64,000 nucleotides of DNA, from contig OZ024741.1 of NCBI GenBank assembly GCA_964016885.1, positions 389,484,001-389,548,000 of the forward strand, given 5' to 3'. The notes below the pieces were generated by a model. The model saw nothing but the letters and a program-made list of their open reading frames with translations. It had not been told where the DNA came from and did no database searches. The first letter of the stretch is position 1. The number at the start of each line of letters is the position of its first letter. Positions 10,206-22,169 of the stretch are shown here, one piece after another. The DNA comes from Eledone cirrhosa (taxonomy: Eukaryota). The position numbers were made by a program, and so were the translations under genes.

Positions 10206-13200
10206 ACAAGACAAACATAATTCTCAAAAACATTATCATCAGAAACAAACTAAGCATTACTGACTTAAATCATCTCTATTATGCATCGGCTAAAGTCACC
10301 ACTCACTTATGTGGAGTGAAGATGAAAAAACAAAGGAATTCCCACAAGAAATCTACTTGGCAAGATAACATCAATCGCCAAATAAACCTTCTCCGATCTG
10401 ACATAGAAATTTTAACAAACTATAAAGTAGGTGAACATGTTAAACAAACTAAACTTAGAAAATTGAAAAAAAAGTAAAGTATAAGATCAACATGTGACAT
10501 AGACATGCTGATAGAAACAATCAAGCAAAAAGTGTCGGCCAAAGCTGCTCGTATAAGGCGCTTTGAAAAACGATCTAGATTCTATAAGGACAATAATATG
10601 TTCAAAAACAACCAAAGAAACTTCTACAGAAAAATTGGTAAGTCAACAATAACTGCTAAATCAATACCACCCAAGGAGGAAGTGCAAGAATTCTGGGAAA
10701 AGATCTGGGCCGAAGAAAAAGTTCATAACATACATGCCCCATGGATAGACAGACAAATGAAAGAAACAGCTCACCTTGAAGAACAAACATGGGAAAATAT
10801 AACAGTTGAACAGCTGCGCTTGGCTCTAAGAAAAACCAGCAAATGGAAATCCCCAGGAAAAGACAAAATACAAAACTTTTGGATAAATGCCTTCACAGAG
10901 TCTCATGAGCTGTTAGCCCAACTTTACAATGAAATAGTTAAGGAGCCAGAAAAGATACCATCATGGCTAGTTAACGGCATTACATTCCTGCTACCGAAGA
11001 ATGATGAGACAAACAATCCCAAAAATTACAGACCGATAACCTGCTTGACCACAATGTATAAAATTTTAACATCAGTCCTAACTGAATACACATATGACCA
11101 CCTGATAACAAATGACCTATTTCCCATTGAGCAGAAAGGGTGTAAACGAGGCTCATATGGCTGTAAGGATCAGCTTCTGGTTAACAAAATGATACTGGAA
11201 GATTGTCATAATAGACACAAAAATCTATCGATTGCTTGGATAGATTATAAAAAAGCATTTGATAGTTTGCCACACAGTTGGATTGAAAAATGTTTAGAGA
11301 TTTTCAAAATATCCCCCGTTATCAGGAGGTTTTTGTCATTCAGTATGAGGACATGGAGAACGACACTCCTTTTGAATAGTGAAACAAAATCACTGGAAGC
11401 TGGAGAAGTTAACATTAATTGTGGAATTTTTCAGGGTGACTCTTTATCACCGCTTTTATTCTGCATCGCACTTATACCATTAAGTAAAATGCTCAATGAA
11501 ACAAAACATGGATATAGAGTCTATGACAAAACCATTAATCACCTGTTCTACATGGATGACCTGAAACTATTTGCAAAAAATGATGAACAATTGCAAGGGC
11601 TATTATCCACTGTGAAGCAGTTCAGTGATGACATTAAAATGGAGTTTGGACTGGATAAATGCGCCAAAGCAACGTTCACCAGAGGAAAGCTGCTGAAGAG
11701 TTCAGACATTAATCTTGATCGGGGGAACGTGATAAGAGAGCTTGATCAAGAACAAACTTACAAATATCTAGGTGTTTGTGAAGGAGACGGAATCAAGCAC
11801 TCGACAATGAGGGAAAGGATAAGGAAGGAATGTTACCGCAGAGTCAAAGCAATCTTAAGAACGGAATTGAATGCAAGGAATAGGATCGATGCCATAAACA
11901 CGCTTGCCATACCAGTAGTAACCTACAGTTACAATGTCATCAACTGGTCAAGCACAGAGATCCGTAGGCTCGATACAAAAATCCGAAAATTCTTAACCAT
12001 GCACAGAATGCATCACCCTAAGGCAGACATAGATAGAATATATCTCCCTAGGAAAGAAGGAGGACGTGGGTTAATCCAGTTAGACATTGCGTTGAAAACT
12101 GCAACAATTGGATTATCCACATATCTAAGGGAATCACATGATTGGATGATCAAACTCGTTTTGAAACACGAAAGCACCAAAAGATCATATTCCATTACAA
12201 AAGATGCACAAAGATACAGTAATGGACTACAAATTTCAGAAGTCCCATTTACTGCTGAAATGGAAAACACAGAAAAAGCAAAGCAGGTAAAAGTAACTGC
12301 AAAGAAAGAACTGCTACAGAAACTGGCTAAGAAATGGCAAGAAAAGCCTCTGTATGGAAAATACCCAGAGCGAGCTAACAATCCTGATGTTGACAAAACT
12401 TTAACCCATCAGTGGTTGGCATCCTCTGGACTGAAATCGGAGACTGAAGGACTGATTATATCCGCACAAGATCAGTGTCTGCCAACAAAAAATTACCAAG
12501 CCAACATAATAAAAAATGGGTGCAGCCCATTATGCCGTGTATGCAAAAAACAACCAGAGACCATTGACCATATAATTTCAATGTGCAGTCCTATAGCTCC
12601 AACCGAATACCTAAACAGGCATGACAGAGCTGCACAATACATACATTGGATAATGTGCAAGCATTTTGACCTGCCCCATCAAAAGAATTGGTGGGAGCAT
12701 CAACCACCTCCCATACTTGAAAAAGATCACATCTCAATCTTGTGGAACTTTAGCATCCAAACAGACCGAAAAATAGATGCAAATAGACCTGATATAATAT
12801 TGAAGGACTTTCAAAGGAGGGTATGCCTGCTAATTGATATGTCTGTTCCAATAGACAAGAATGTATCTATAAAAACATTTGAAAAATTGAGCAAGTATAA
12901 GGACCTGGAGATAGAAATTGGAAAAATGTGGAAATTGAGAACTAAAACAATACCAGTGGTTGTAGGCGCTCTGGGAATGATACCTAAGGGGTCTAACGAC
13001 TACTTATCGCAAATCCCAGGAAACCCGCGTATAGGAGAAATACAAAAGATAGTACTAATGGGAACTGCCCATATACTAAGGAAGATCCTGTCAATATAAG
13101 TACATCACAAGTCTAAACACTAAGGATGCATGTGTGAATATGTGTGTTCTTTCTTGAACATGGCGGACCTTGTTGTCTCTTGAGGTCACTGGTTGTGACT

Positions 13201-13239
13201 TGGTGATAACTCGTATAAACATAAAGCAAGATAAATGCA
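10204..13239 (+). mobile_element. 5'-truncated Dong/R4-clade non-LTR retrotransposon B (distinct family from A)
   Basis: N-terminal coding remnant 10204-10477, frameshift in an A-run at ~10470, long ORF, 3' UTR, (AAT)n tail at 13240-13265. Confidence 0.9.
10505..13099 (+). CDS. Dong/R4 reverse transcriptase-restriction-like endonuclease ORF (864 aa, N-truncated)
   Basis: WIDYKKAFDS, GIFQGDSLSPLLF, FYMDDLKL, YKYLG, CRVC...H...C, RHD, NRPDI...IDMSVP...EKLSKY, IPVVVGALG. Confidence 0.9.
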   Translation: MLIETIKQKVSAKAARIRRFEKRSRFYKDNNMFKNNQRNFYRKIGKSTITAKSIPPKEEVQEFWEKIWAEEKVHNIHAPWIDRQMKETAHLEEQTWENITVEQLRLALRKTSKWKSPGKDKIQNFWINAFTESHELLAQLYNEIVKEPEKIPSWLVNGITFLLPKNDETNNPKNYRPITCLTTMYKILTSVLTEYTYDHLITNDLFPIEQKGCKRGSYGCKDQLLVNKMILEDCHNRHKNLSIAWIDYKKAFDSLPHSWIEKCLEIFKISPVIRRFLSFSMRTWRTTLLLNSETKSLEAGEVNINCGIFQGDSLSPLLFCIALIPLSKMLNETKHGYRVYDKTINHLFYMDDLKLFAKNDEQLQGLLSTVKQFSDDIKMEFGLDKCAKATFTRGKLLKSSDINLDRGNVIRELDQEQTYKYLGVCEGDGIKHSTMRERIRKECYRRVKAILRTELNARNRIDAINTLAIPVVTYSYNVINWSSTEIRRLDTKIRKFLTMHRMHHPKADIDRIYLPRKEGGRGLIQLDIALKTATIGLSTYLRESHDWMIKLVLKHESTKRSYSITKDAQRYSNGLQISEVPFTAEMENTEKAKQVKVTAKKELLQKLAKKWQEKPLYGKYPERANNPDVDKTLTHQWLASSGLKSETEGLIISAQDQCLPTKNYQANIIKNGCSPLCRVCKKQPETIDHIISMCSPIAPTEYLNRHDRAAQYIHWIMCKHFDLPHQKNWWEHQPPPILEKDHISILWNFSIQTDRKIDANRPDIILKDFQRRVCLLIDMSVPIDKNVSIKTFEKLSKYKDLEIEIGKMWKLRTKTIPVVVGALGMIPKGSNDYLSQIPGNPRIGEIQKIVLMGTAHILRKILSI

Positions 13240-13380
13240 AATAATAATAATAATAATAATAATAAGAGTAAGGATTCTAACTTGATTCTATTTATATTTT
13301 TATCCATACTTTTATCTGCAACCCCTAAAAAATATTGTCCTCTTGATTCAAGGGGTACACATACGTGCACATGCACACGT

Positions 13381-13384
<4 letters not shown>

Positions 13385-13470
<86 letters not shown>
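13385..13470. repeat. (CA)n microsatellite
   Basis: Long CA run. Other long dinucleotide runs lie at 17375-17476, 19289-19412, 26680-26780, 29060-29133, 32017-32150, 32610-32825 and 38955-39030. Confidence 0.95.
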
Positions 13471-13471
<1 letters not shown>

Positions 13472-13785
13472 ACAAGACAAATGATTAATTCTATATCTAC
13501 TCTTAAATTTTTACAGTTTCACAAGTGCCAAATACTGACCTTTCAAAACAATTGAACCCCACCTCATTACACCCCCCCACCCCACCCACACACACACATT
13601 AAATATGCCATCTGAACTATTAGTATGAATGGTAAGAATATTTTCTATTTTTAAGTGAATTCAATTGAATTCTTGACCTGTTGAACCCCACCTCCACCTT
13701 CACCACCAGACCTTCATAAAGAAAATCTGTATAAAAAGAACTTTTAACAGAAAACTCATATATATTCGAACTGCTCGCAAAATTA

Positions 13786-15478
13786 TCATCATCATCATCA
13801 TCATCATTTAACGTCCATCTTCCACGATAGCATGAGTGAGACGGTAATTGTCCCACTTGAGGGAAGATTGATCGGGTGACCGTGTCTCGCTCGTATAGGA
13901 CTGTATCTGGCAGGTTTTCTATGGCTGGATGCCCTTCCTAACACCAACCACATTTACACTGTGGATTTGGAGCCTTTTTACCGTGTCTCCTACACGACTA
14001 CTTTACAGTGTGGACTGGGTGTTTTTTTTTGTCGTGACACCTACACAACCTCTTTAGTTTCGACTGGATGTTGTGGTACCAGCATAACTTTACAGAGAAA
14101 GGGTGGTGTTGTTGGGAGTGGGCGGATGGAGCAGGGGTAGTGGGTTGGGGTGTATATTTGGTTAAGAGGTGCCTACTGATTGTAGGTTAACTTTGTACGT
14201 AGAGAAGGTGGGTCTTCTGTATTACTGAATAGTGCCAAAGATCTCAATCCAGTGATATTGTCTTAGTGAGGTGTAAGTGTGCAAGATAGAATTTAATCAT
14301 GCCATCCCAAGTTTTTCTGGGTCTACTTACTCCATAACTTCCATAAATTTTGATCGCCCTGCACTTTTTTATACATCTGTCGTCTTTCATGTGCATCACA
14401 TGACCATACCAACGTAATCTTCTCTCAAGTAAACGGCGTTTGATCCCTCTTATTCCTAATTATTCACTTAGTTCATTTATGTTTTGCCATTCGCGTATAT
14501 TACTATTATACATCCAACGGAGCATGGATGCTTCGTTCCTTTCCAATCTGCGCAGGTCCTCTGCATACAATGCCCATGTCTAACTGCTATATAACATTGC
14601 TGTTCGTATACAAGCATCATACAATCTGCCTTTTATTTTTAGAGAGAAACCTTTTGTGGCCAACAGCAGTATTAGCTCTCTGAACTTTTTCCATCCCGTT
14701 CTAATTCTGGCTACTGTACTTTCAGAGCACCCTCCACCACTGCTGATTTTGTCACCTAGGTATCAGAAAGTGTCTGGGCAGTAGAAGGAGCTAGTATCCT
14801 GTGGGTACTTGCTACTTATTGCTCCTGCGCATTGGCCACATCTGAAATCTACATTCTTAGTAGGCTTGCCTGTGATCCCACTATATCTATTATCTACCCA
14901 CAGTTTGCATTTGGGGCATAGAATGGAATTTCTACCTACTCCTTTCCTACACTGAGCATGGCCATTACCCCATAGGGCACCTGTGCCCTATTTTCCTTTC
15001 CTTTCTACATACTAGAATTTTAGTCTTAAACAAGTTAACTTTAAGGCTTTTTGATTCTAGGCCATGCTTCCATGTTTGGAATTTCTTCTCTAGTTCAGCC
15101 ATTGATTCAGCTATGAGAGTTAGATCATCTGCATATAGATGTTCCCATGGGCAGCCGGTCTGAAACTCCTCTCTTATAGCCTGAAGGGCAATAATAAACA
15201 GGAGGGGGCTAAGCGGGGCCTTGATGAACACCTACTTTTACGCTAATTTCTTCACTATATACATTGTTAATTCTAACCTTGCTGACTGTTTCTCTATACA
15301 TGGCTTGTATTGCTCTCACAAGCTATTCATCTACTCCTAGTTTTCTCAGGGCCCACCAGATAACGGAGCAGGGGACTCTGTCAAAGGCTTTCTCCAAGTC
15401 AATAAAAGCTAAGTAGAGGAGTTTACTTTTAGCTAGGTACTTCTCCTGTAGTTGCCGTACAATGAAAAGAGCATCTAT
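13786..15478 (-). mobile_element. Degenerate 5'-truncated RTE-clade LINE (PHD-containing family)
   Basis: AFIDLEKAFDRVP, LSPLLF, LYADDL, RLRWYGHV remnants. (GAT)n tail at 13786-13807. Homologous to 37788-38925 and 57075-58347. Confidence 0.85.
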
Positions 15479-15627
15479 GGCAAAAACCCATTAGTATTTA
15501 ATATTTAATATCTAATATTTGACAAGATGTTTATACCAATCAAAACTGGTTATATCTAATGCAACAATTATAAAAATGTTTTATTCTGTTGGATTAAATA
15601 AGGCATATAGGTATGCCATATTTATAT

Positions 15628-15770
15628 AAGGCAGTGAATTGGCAGAGTTATAAGCATGTCAGGTAGAATTCTTTGCAGTAATTATTCTGATTCCCAGCAC
15701 ACCCAGTTCAAATTCTATCAATGTCAACTTCACTTTTCATCATTACAGGGTTGATTAAGTACCACCCCAG
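15628..15770 (+). mobile_element. tRNA-derived SINE (degenerate)
   Basis: AGGCAGTGAATTGGCAGA head, GTTCAAAT B-box, TTTCATC...GGGTTGAT...AAGTACC core. Related copies at 53150-53410, 60150-60330 and 62524-62740. Confidence 0.65.
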
Positions 15771-15974
15771 GAGGACATGATCAAAGATAAATTGATCAGG
15801 ATGACAAGATCAAAGATGACATGATTAAAGACATTCCAGTTGAGGAAGATTTTGTTACTATTTCTGGGCAGGTTTAGTGACCATGTAGATGCTCGTATAG
15901 TATTAGGTTGTACAATATAGAAACTGTGCTACTAGTTCAAATCATGGTACTTTGACATTTAAAATGTTTTTCTT

Positions 15975-16400
15975 TTGGGGGTGGGGATGGATATCGATAA
16001 CAAATCAGACAGTGATTTAATGAAATTGGAAATGCTGATTGGAAATGCATAGTCTGCAAGCTAAGCCCACAAACTAACTGCAAATCTAGGAATGTAGTAT
16101 ATAGCATAAGATGTACTGAGGGACTGTGTAGGAATAAAATAAGAACATAACATACATAGGTGAAACAGCCCGTAACATAGGAAAAAGGATAAGTGAACAC
16201 TGACAAGAACTCCAGGGTGGGGAATTCATCAGTACACCACCAACATGCCAAAATAGAACATAGCGGCGCATTAGAGAACATAGAGATAAAAATGATATCC
16301 ACTCACAGAAAAGATGCAATGCACAGACAAATCACAGAGGTAACAAACATAAACTCCAAACAAAATTAAACAGAAAACATGAGTGGAATAATAACATCAC
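15975..16400 (+). mobile_element. Penelope-like element GIY-YIG endonuclease remnant
   Basis: Reads CIVCK...NCKSRNVVYSIRC...TYIGETARNIGKRISEH. Confidence 0.75.
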
Positions 16401-16582
16401 AACTAGTAACTAAGGACAAAATGAAGACATACAGAGACAAAAACCAAACTAACAAAACAAATCAAGAACACACACAGATAGAACAAACAAACAAACAACC
16501 AACTAGTGACAAGTAAATAAACACATAAATAAATAAAAACACACACAAACACCCTGATGTAACACATGCACAAACTAAACAC

Positions 16583-16750
16583 ACAGTATTACTGTTGAAA
16601 ACATATAGTGTAGTACAGTATTACTGTTGAAAATATATAGTAAAGTATAGTATTATTGTTGAAAATATGTAGTGCAGTATTACAGTTGAAAAGATATAGT
16701 ACAGTACTACTGTTGAAAATATATAGTACAGTATTACTGTTGAAAATATG
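16583..16750. repeat. ~27-32-bp minisatellite (ACAGTATTACTGTTGAAAATATATAGT), ~6 copies
   Basis: Direct tandem copies visible. Confidence 0.85.
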
Positions 16751-16757
16751 TACACGA

Positions 16758-16789
<32 letters not shown>

Positions 16790-16923
16790 TTAAAAGTTTG
16801 TTAGAAGCAAAGTCAATGCAGACAGGCAGCCAGAGAGAGAGATATTATAAGGGCGTGGCATTATAGCTATGTATCTATCTAAAAAGACAGAGTAAGAAAG
16901 AGAGAGGAATGTCGTATTATATA

Positions 16924-17618
<695 letters not shown>

Positions 17619-17844
17619 TATTATATATAATAAAGTACCAGTAATGTACTGAGATAATAGCTGGCCTTGGCCAAAATTAGAAACAATTATACTTCTTTTT
17701 TATACAACTGTAAAAAACAAAATGATAGACACAACAGCCAAATCTCCTTCAAATATTACATCTTATAATATTTTAGAATGGAAGAAATAGAACCCAAATT
17801 TCCCTTCTATTCATTTTAGTGATGAACCAAGAAAAAATATTGCA

Positions 17845-18830
17845 ACCGTCATCCCTCATGATGACGGCCTCCGCGCTCTCCAATATTTTTTAGATTTACG
17901 CCCTACCCCTTACCACAGCACTACCACTCTTCTCCGCCTGGCTGAGCTTGTTCTCACCCTCAATGGATTTTCTTTTTCATGTGAATTTTATCAACAGGTC
18001 TCTGGGGTAGCGATGGGAACCAGAATGGGTCCAAACTATGCCAACTTGTCTGTTGGCTACGTCGAAGCCCAGATCTTCTCCCAGTACGGTGGACCGACTC
18101 CTGAGCTATACAGTCGTTATATCGACGACTGTATCCAAGCTGATCCAAGCTGCTCTCACCCGCGCCCGTGAAACAGACTGCACCACAGCCCTCTCACCCC
18201 CACCCTCCCAACACCCGTGTTCCTTTCCCTGTCACCTACCACCTCATCACCCTACCACTCCGGCGACATATCCTCCGTTCTTTCCGTATCCTCTCTTCTG
18301 ACCCCGTCACTTCTCGCTTTTTTCCAAACCCACCCATTACCGCTTTTACCCGCAACCTCCACGACCTCCTGGTTCACAGTTCCTTTTCGTCTTCTCCCAC
18401 GACTCCACCCGGCTCTCATCTTTGTTCCCGTCCCCACTGCAACACTTGTACCTTTATTTCCACTCTCACCACTCTTACAGGCCCTAACGGGTCTTTCCGT
18501 ATCCGCCATTCCTTCACATGCACATCCACCCACGTTGTCTATGCCCTCCGGTGTTCCCTTTGCGGGTCTTTATATATCGGACAAACGGGACGCCGTATGG
18601 CGGACTGTTTTGCCGAGCATTTGAGGGATATACGACTCGGTTTGGATACTCCTGTCGCCCGTCATTTCTATTCTCCTGGTCTTCCCTACATGTTTCAGTC
18701 CTGGGTGTCCTTTTACATCATGGATCACAAGCCTCACGCACCAGGACTGAACAAAGTCTGATTCACTGCCTTGGGTCCTATTCCCCTCTTGGACTCAATT
18801 TCTCTAATACCTCGTCTATTATTACACTCC
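17845..18830 (+). mobile_element. Penelope-like element (Neptune-type), internally deleted
   Basis: RT: IPHDDGL...GVAMGTRMGPNYANL...RYIDDC. After a deletion: CSRPHCNTC...FTCTSTHVVYALRCSLCGSLYIGQTGR (GIY-YIG). Confidence 0.85.
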
Positions 18831-18876
18831 TAGGTTCCTATCGCTTTCTCTTGATCATTAGCAGCTTCTCTTACAA

Positions 18877-19434
<558 letters not shown>

Positions 19435-19499
19435 TTAGTCAAATTTTAGCTTCATTTAAAGAGGAACACTTTAAAACGGATGGTTTTGTTCCATAGAAC

Positions 19500-19810
19500 C
19501 AGAGCTGGTTTTAGGTGCGTTGGTATCAAAAGGATTAAACCGAAAACTTGACCTGAACACCGTATTCTTCTGTGTATTGTGCTCATTCATGCATAATGTG
19601 CACTCTTTTTTGACCAGAAAAATAGCATGTAGTATAGCCAATCTTCAGAAATGGGGATATGCCACTGATGATGATTCCAACTGCCATTACAAACTATGGA
19701 GCACCTTCTAGTTTTCCCCAATCTTGAAGATTCATGCACACTTAACGACTTTGAAATTTGAACACTACAGGAAAGACTCTGTGTGCAAAACTGGATGTGT
19801 GTGGTGTAGG
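19500..19810 (+). mobile_element. Ingi/Vingi-like LINE 3' remnant
   Basis: LNR...ANLQKWGY...C...QTMEHLL...CT...D...C...W resembles the Ingi/Vingi C-terminal zinc region. Frameshifted. Confidence 0.5.
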
Positions 19811-20263
19811 AACTTGATAGGGAGAAGACCAGAAAAATGTCTGGGAAAAAAAACACAGAATAAACACACACACACACACACACAAAGCTTTGCACAAACT
19901 ACCACCTTATCACCATAATCACCATCATCATCTCTCTCTCTCAACACATTCCTGATATCAAAATCCCCACCAAACCTGTGGATTTCCAAGATATCATGAG
20001 CTACTGCTGTTATTGCTGTTATTGCTGTTGTTGTTGTTGGTGATATTGTTTCTGTTGCTGTTGTTGTCTCTGTTGTTGTTATTCTCTCTCTGGTCATTGT
20101 TTCTTCAATGCTATGGGGGGAAATATTGTTTATCCAACCAGTTTTGCTGATTCTTCTGTTGAAAGACTAAATAATACAGTTTAATGAATATACAGACACA
20201 CACACATGTATATATATATATGTGTGTGTCTGTCTGTTTCTCTCTGTATATTTGTATATGTAT

Positions 20264-20640
20264 CATCATCATCATAATTTAATGTCTATCTTCCATGCTG
20301 GTGTGTGTTAGACATATTGCCATTTTGTGTCTATATCTAGCTCATATGTTTCATTTTTAACATGGTTTCTCTGACTGGATGTTCTACCTAATACCAGCCA
20401 ACCACTTTACAGCATGTCAGAGAGCATTTTATCATATCCCCAGCACTACGACCTTACAAAGCAAACTAGGTGCTTTTTATCATGGCCCTAATACTACTAG
20501 TTTGTAGTGTGGGCTGGGTACTTATAATTGTGGCCCCATCACAACCAGCTTACAGGGTGAATTGGCTGCTTTTTTATCATGGCACCAGTACTTCCACTTT
20601 ACAATGTAGACTGGGAGCATTTTATAGACTGGGTGTTAGT
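20264..20640 (-). mobile_element. SINE/RTE-tail-derived repeat with ~45-bp subunits
   Basis: (GAT)n tail, shared RTE 3' motif and repeated GGTGCCATGATAAAA...CCCAG...TGTAAAGTGG units. Related copies at 47985-48330, 52340-52730, 55420-55760, 56180-56410 and 61240-61320. Confidence 0.6.
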
Positions 20641-21029
20641 TGTGTCTTCAACTTACAGTTGGCTTGTGTGCATGTGTGTTGTTACGCATAAAATAAATAT
20701 CATCACTGGATCAATAGTTGCCAGCATCCTTGGCCTTGGCAAGCTCCAATACCAGTCAACCAAGATACATATAATGCAGACAACTGTAATACATGTATGG
20801 CATCAACCCATAAGGTAAACCCTAACTCCAACTACTGTGGCCAACTCATCGAGTTTTTCAAGACAATACTTGAATCACTGATGGTGGCTCATGGGTGGAT
20901 GTTATTTATCTTAACTATAGATCTTTCTAGCAATCAGACCTGGACACAATGCAGCAATAAATTATGGACTGGTAACTCAAGCTGGCTGTGGATAAATGTA
21001 CCACCATGCATTTTGAGAGGAAAAAACCT

Positions 21030-21185
21030 AGCTTTCACATACTCACTCCACAACACCAATCTCAAGAAGTCTTCTTGTGAACGTCACCTTGGCATTACTG
21101 TCAACAGCATGATAAGTGTCGTAGCATCACTCAGTAAGACCTTTCTCAGTTGCTCTCCAGCTATCTATTTAAAGCTGTATATAAC
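21030..21185 (+). mobile_element. CR1/L2-like LINE remnant, left part (continues at 26090-26165 beyond the Gypsy insertion)
   Basis: ERHLGITV...LKLYIT rejoins MVHLHIEF..VWNPYLAQNIDHL once the LTR element and TSD are removed. Confidence 0.65.
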
Positions 21186-21640
21186 TGTAGCGCTCTCTAG
21201 ACAAGGGAAGTAGCTAGAGTTACTTCCCGTTGAATTTCTAGAATATTCCTTAAACTTCCGTTCCAGGGATTATAAACGATAGAGCAAAAAAGCGATTTTT
21301 CTCTCTTTTGGCGGCAAGCTCTCAAACTGACTATATCGAACGCAAATATATTAAGCTTTTTCCAACCATATCTTGTAATGCAGGATTACACCATATCATG
21401 CCACGAGGTACGTTTTGTTACCACATTTGTAATACACGGACTACAATAAATGCAAGTTATTTTGATACTCGTTTTGAGAAACTCTTCATGCCTCAGTTAT
21501 TACTTCGAATGTAGAGAGAGATAATTCTCACAAAAAAGAAATTGTATGAAAGTTCTTCTATATCTTCTTTCTATTAAAATTAGTAGTTGGGATCCGGTGG
21601 TACTTACTGGAGTAAGTAACCCTGGGACCAACTCCCTAAA
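21186..21640 (+). repeat. 5' LTR
   Basis: TGTAGCG...CCCTAAA, direct repeat of 25649-26089. Confidence 0.9.
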
Positions 21641-22169
21641 ATGGTGACCCCGAACACGCAGCAAAACAAATCCATTTATTCACCATCGCCTAAAAGTGGT
21701 GACAAATATTTTCATACACTATTACAATTTATTGCTACACAAACTATTGCTAAACAATTCCCTAAAATGGTGACCCCAACAACGACACAGAAAAGAATTG
21801 TTCTCGACTCTAGGAAGTTCGTTTTATTTCACTCAGTTCGTGTGGGGCGAACAAAATAAAAAAATTGAAGAAGCAAATCGCCATGTTGACAGCATCATAT
21901 TTCACCAAAATAGAAAAAAAAAAAATATTGTCCCTCGTGTCTTCGGTTCAACCAAGCTTTCGTTTTTTTTAAGTCGCCATCTTACTTGCTCGGTGCTATA
22001 TTTTTACTTCAGCTATTTATGGTACTACCACGTGTGCGGTAGTTGGAAAAAAAATGCATTATGGAATTTCCTCGTGTGCCTACTTCGGCAGATTCAGTCG
22101 CCGCTTCTGCTTTCAAAACCCAGCCTGCTTCACCTCGTGAGGATTCAATGTTGAGAGCCTTGACGCGTT

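Noticed and set aside
16583-16750. CRISPR-like array (also the 45-bp units at 55420-55760)
   Set aside because: Tandem repeats without unique spacers, no cas genes, eukaryotic context.
19765-20097. Thr-rich 110-aa ORF as a host gene
   Set aside because: Built from (ACA/GCA)n and (TG)n low-complexity sequence with no recognisable domain.
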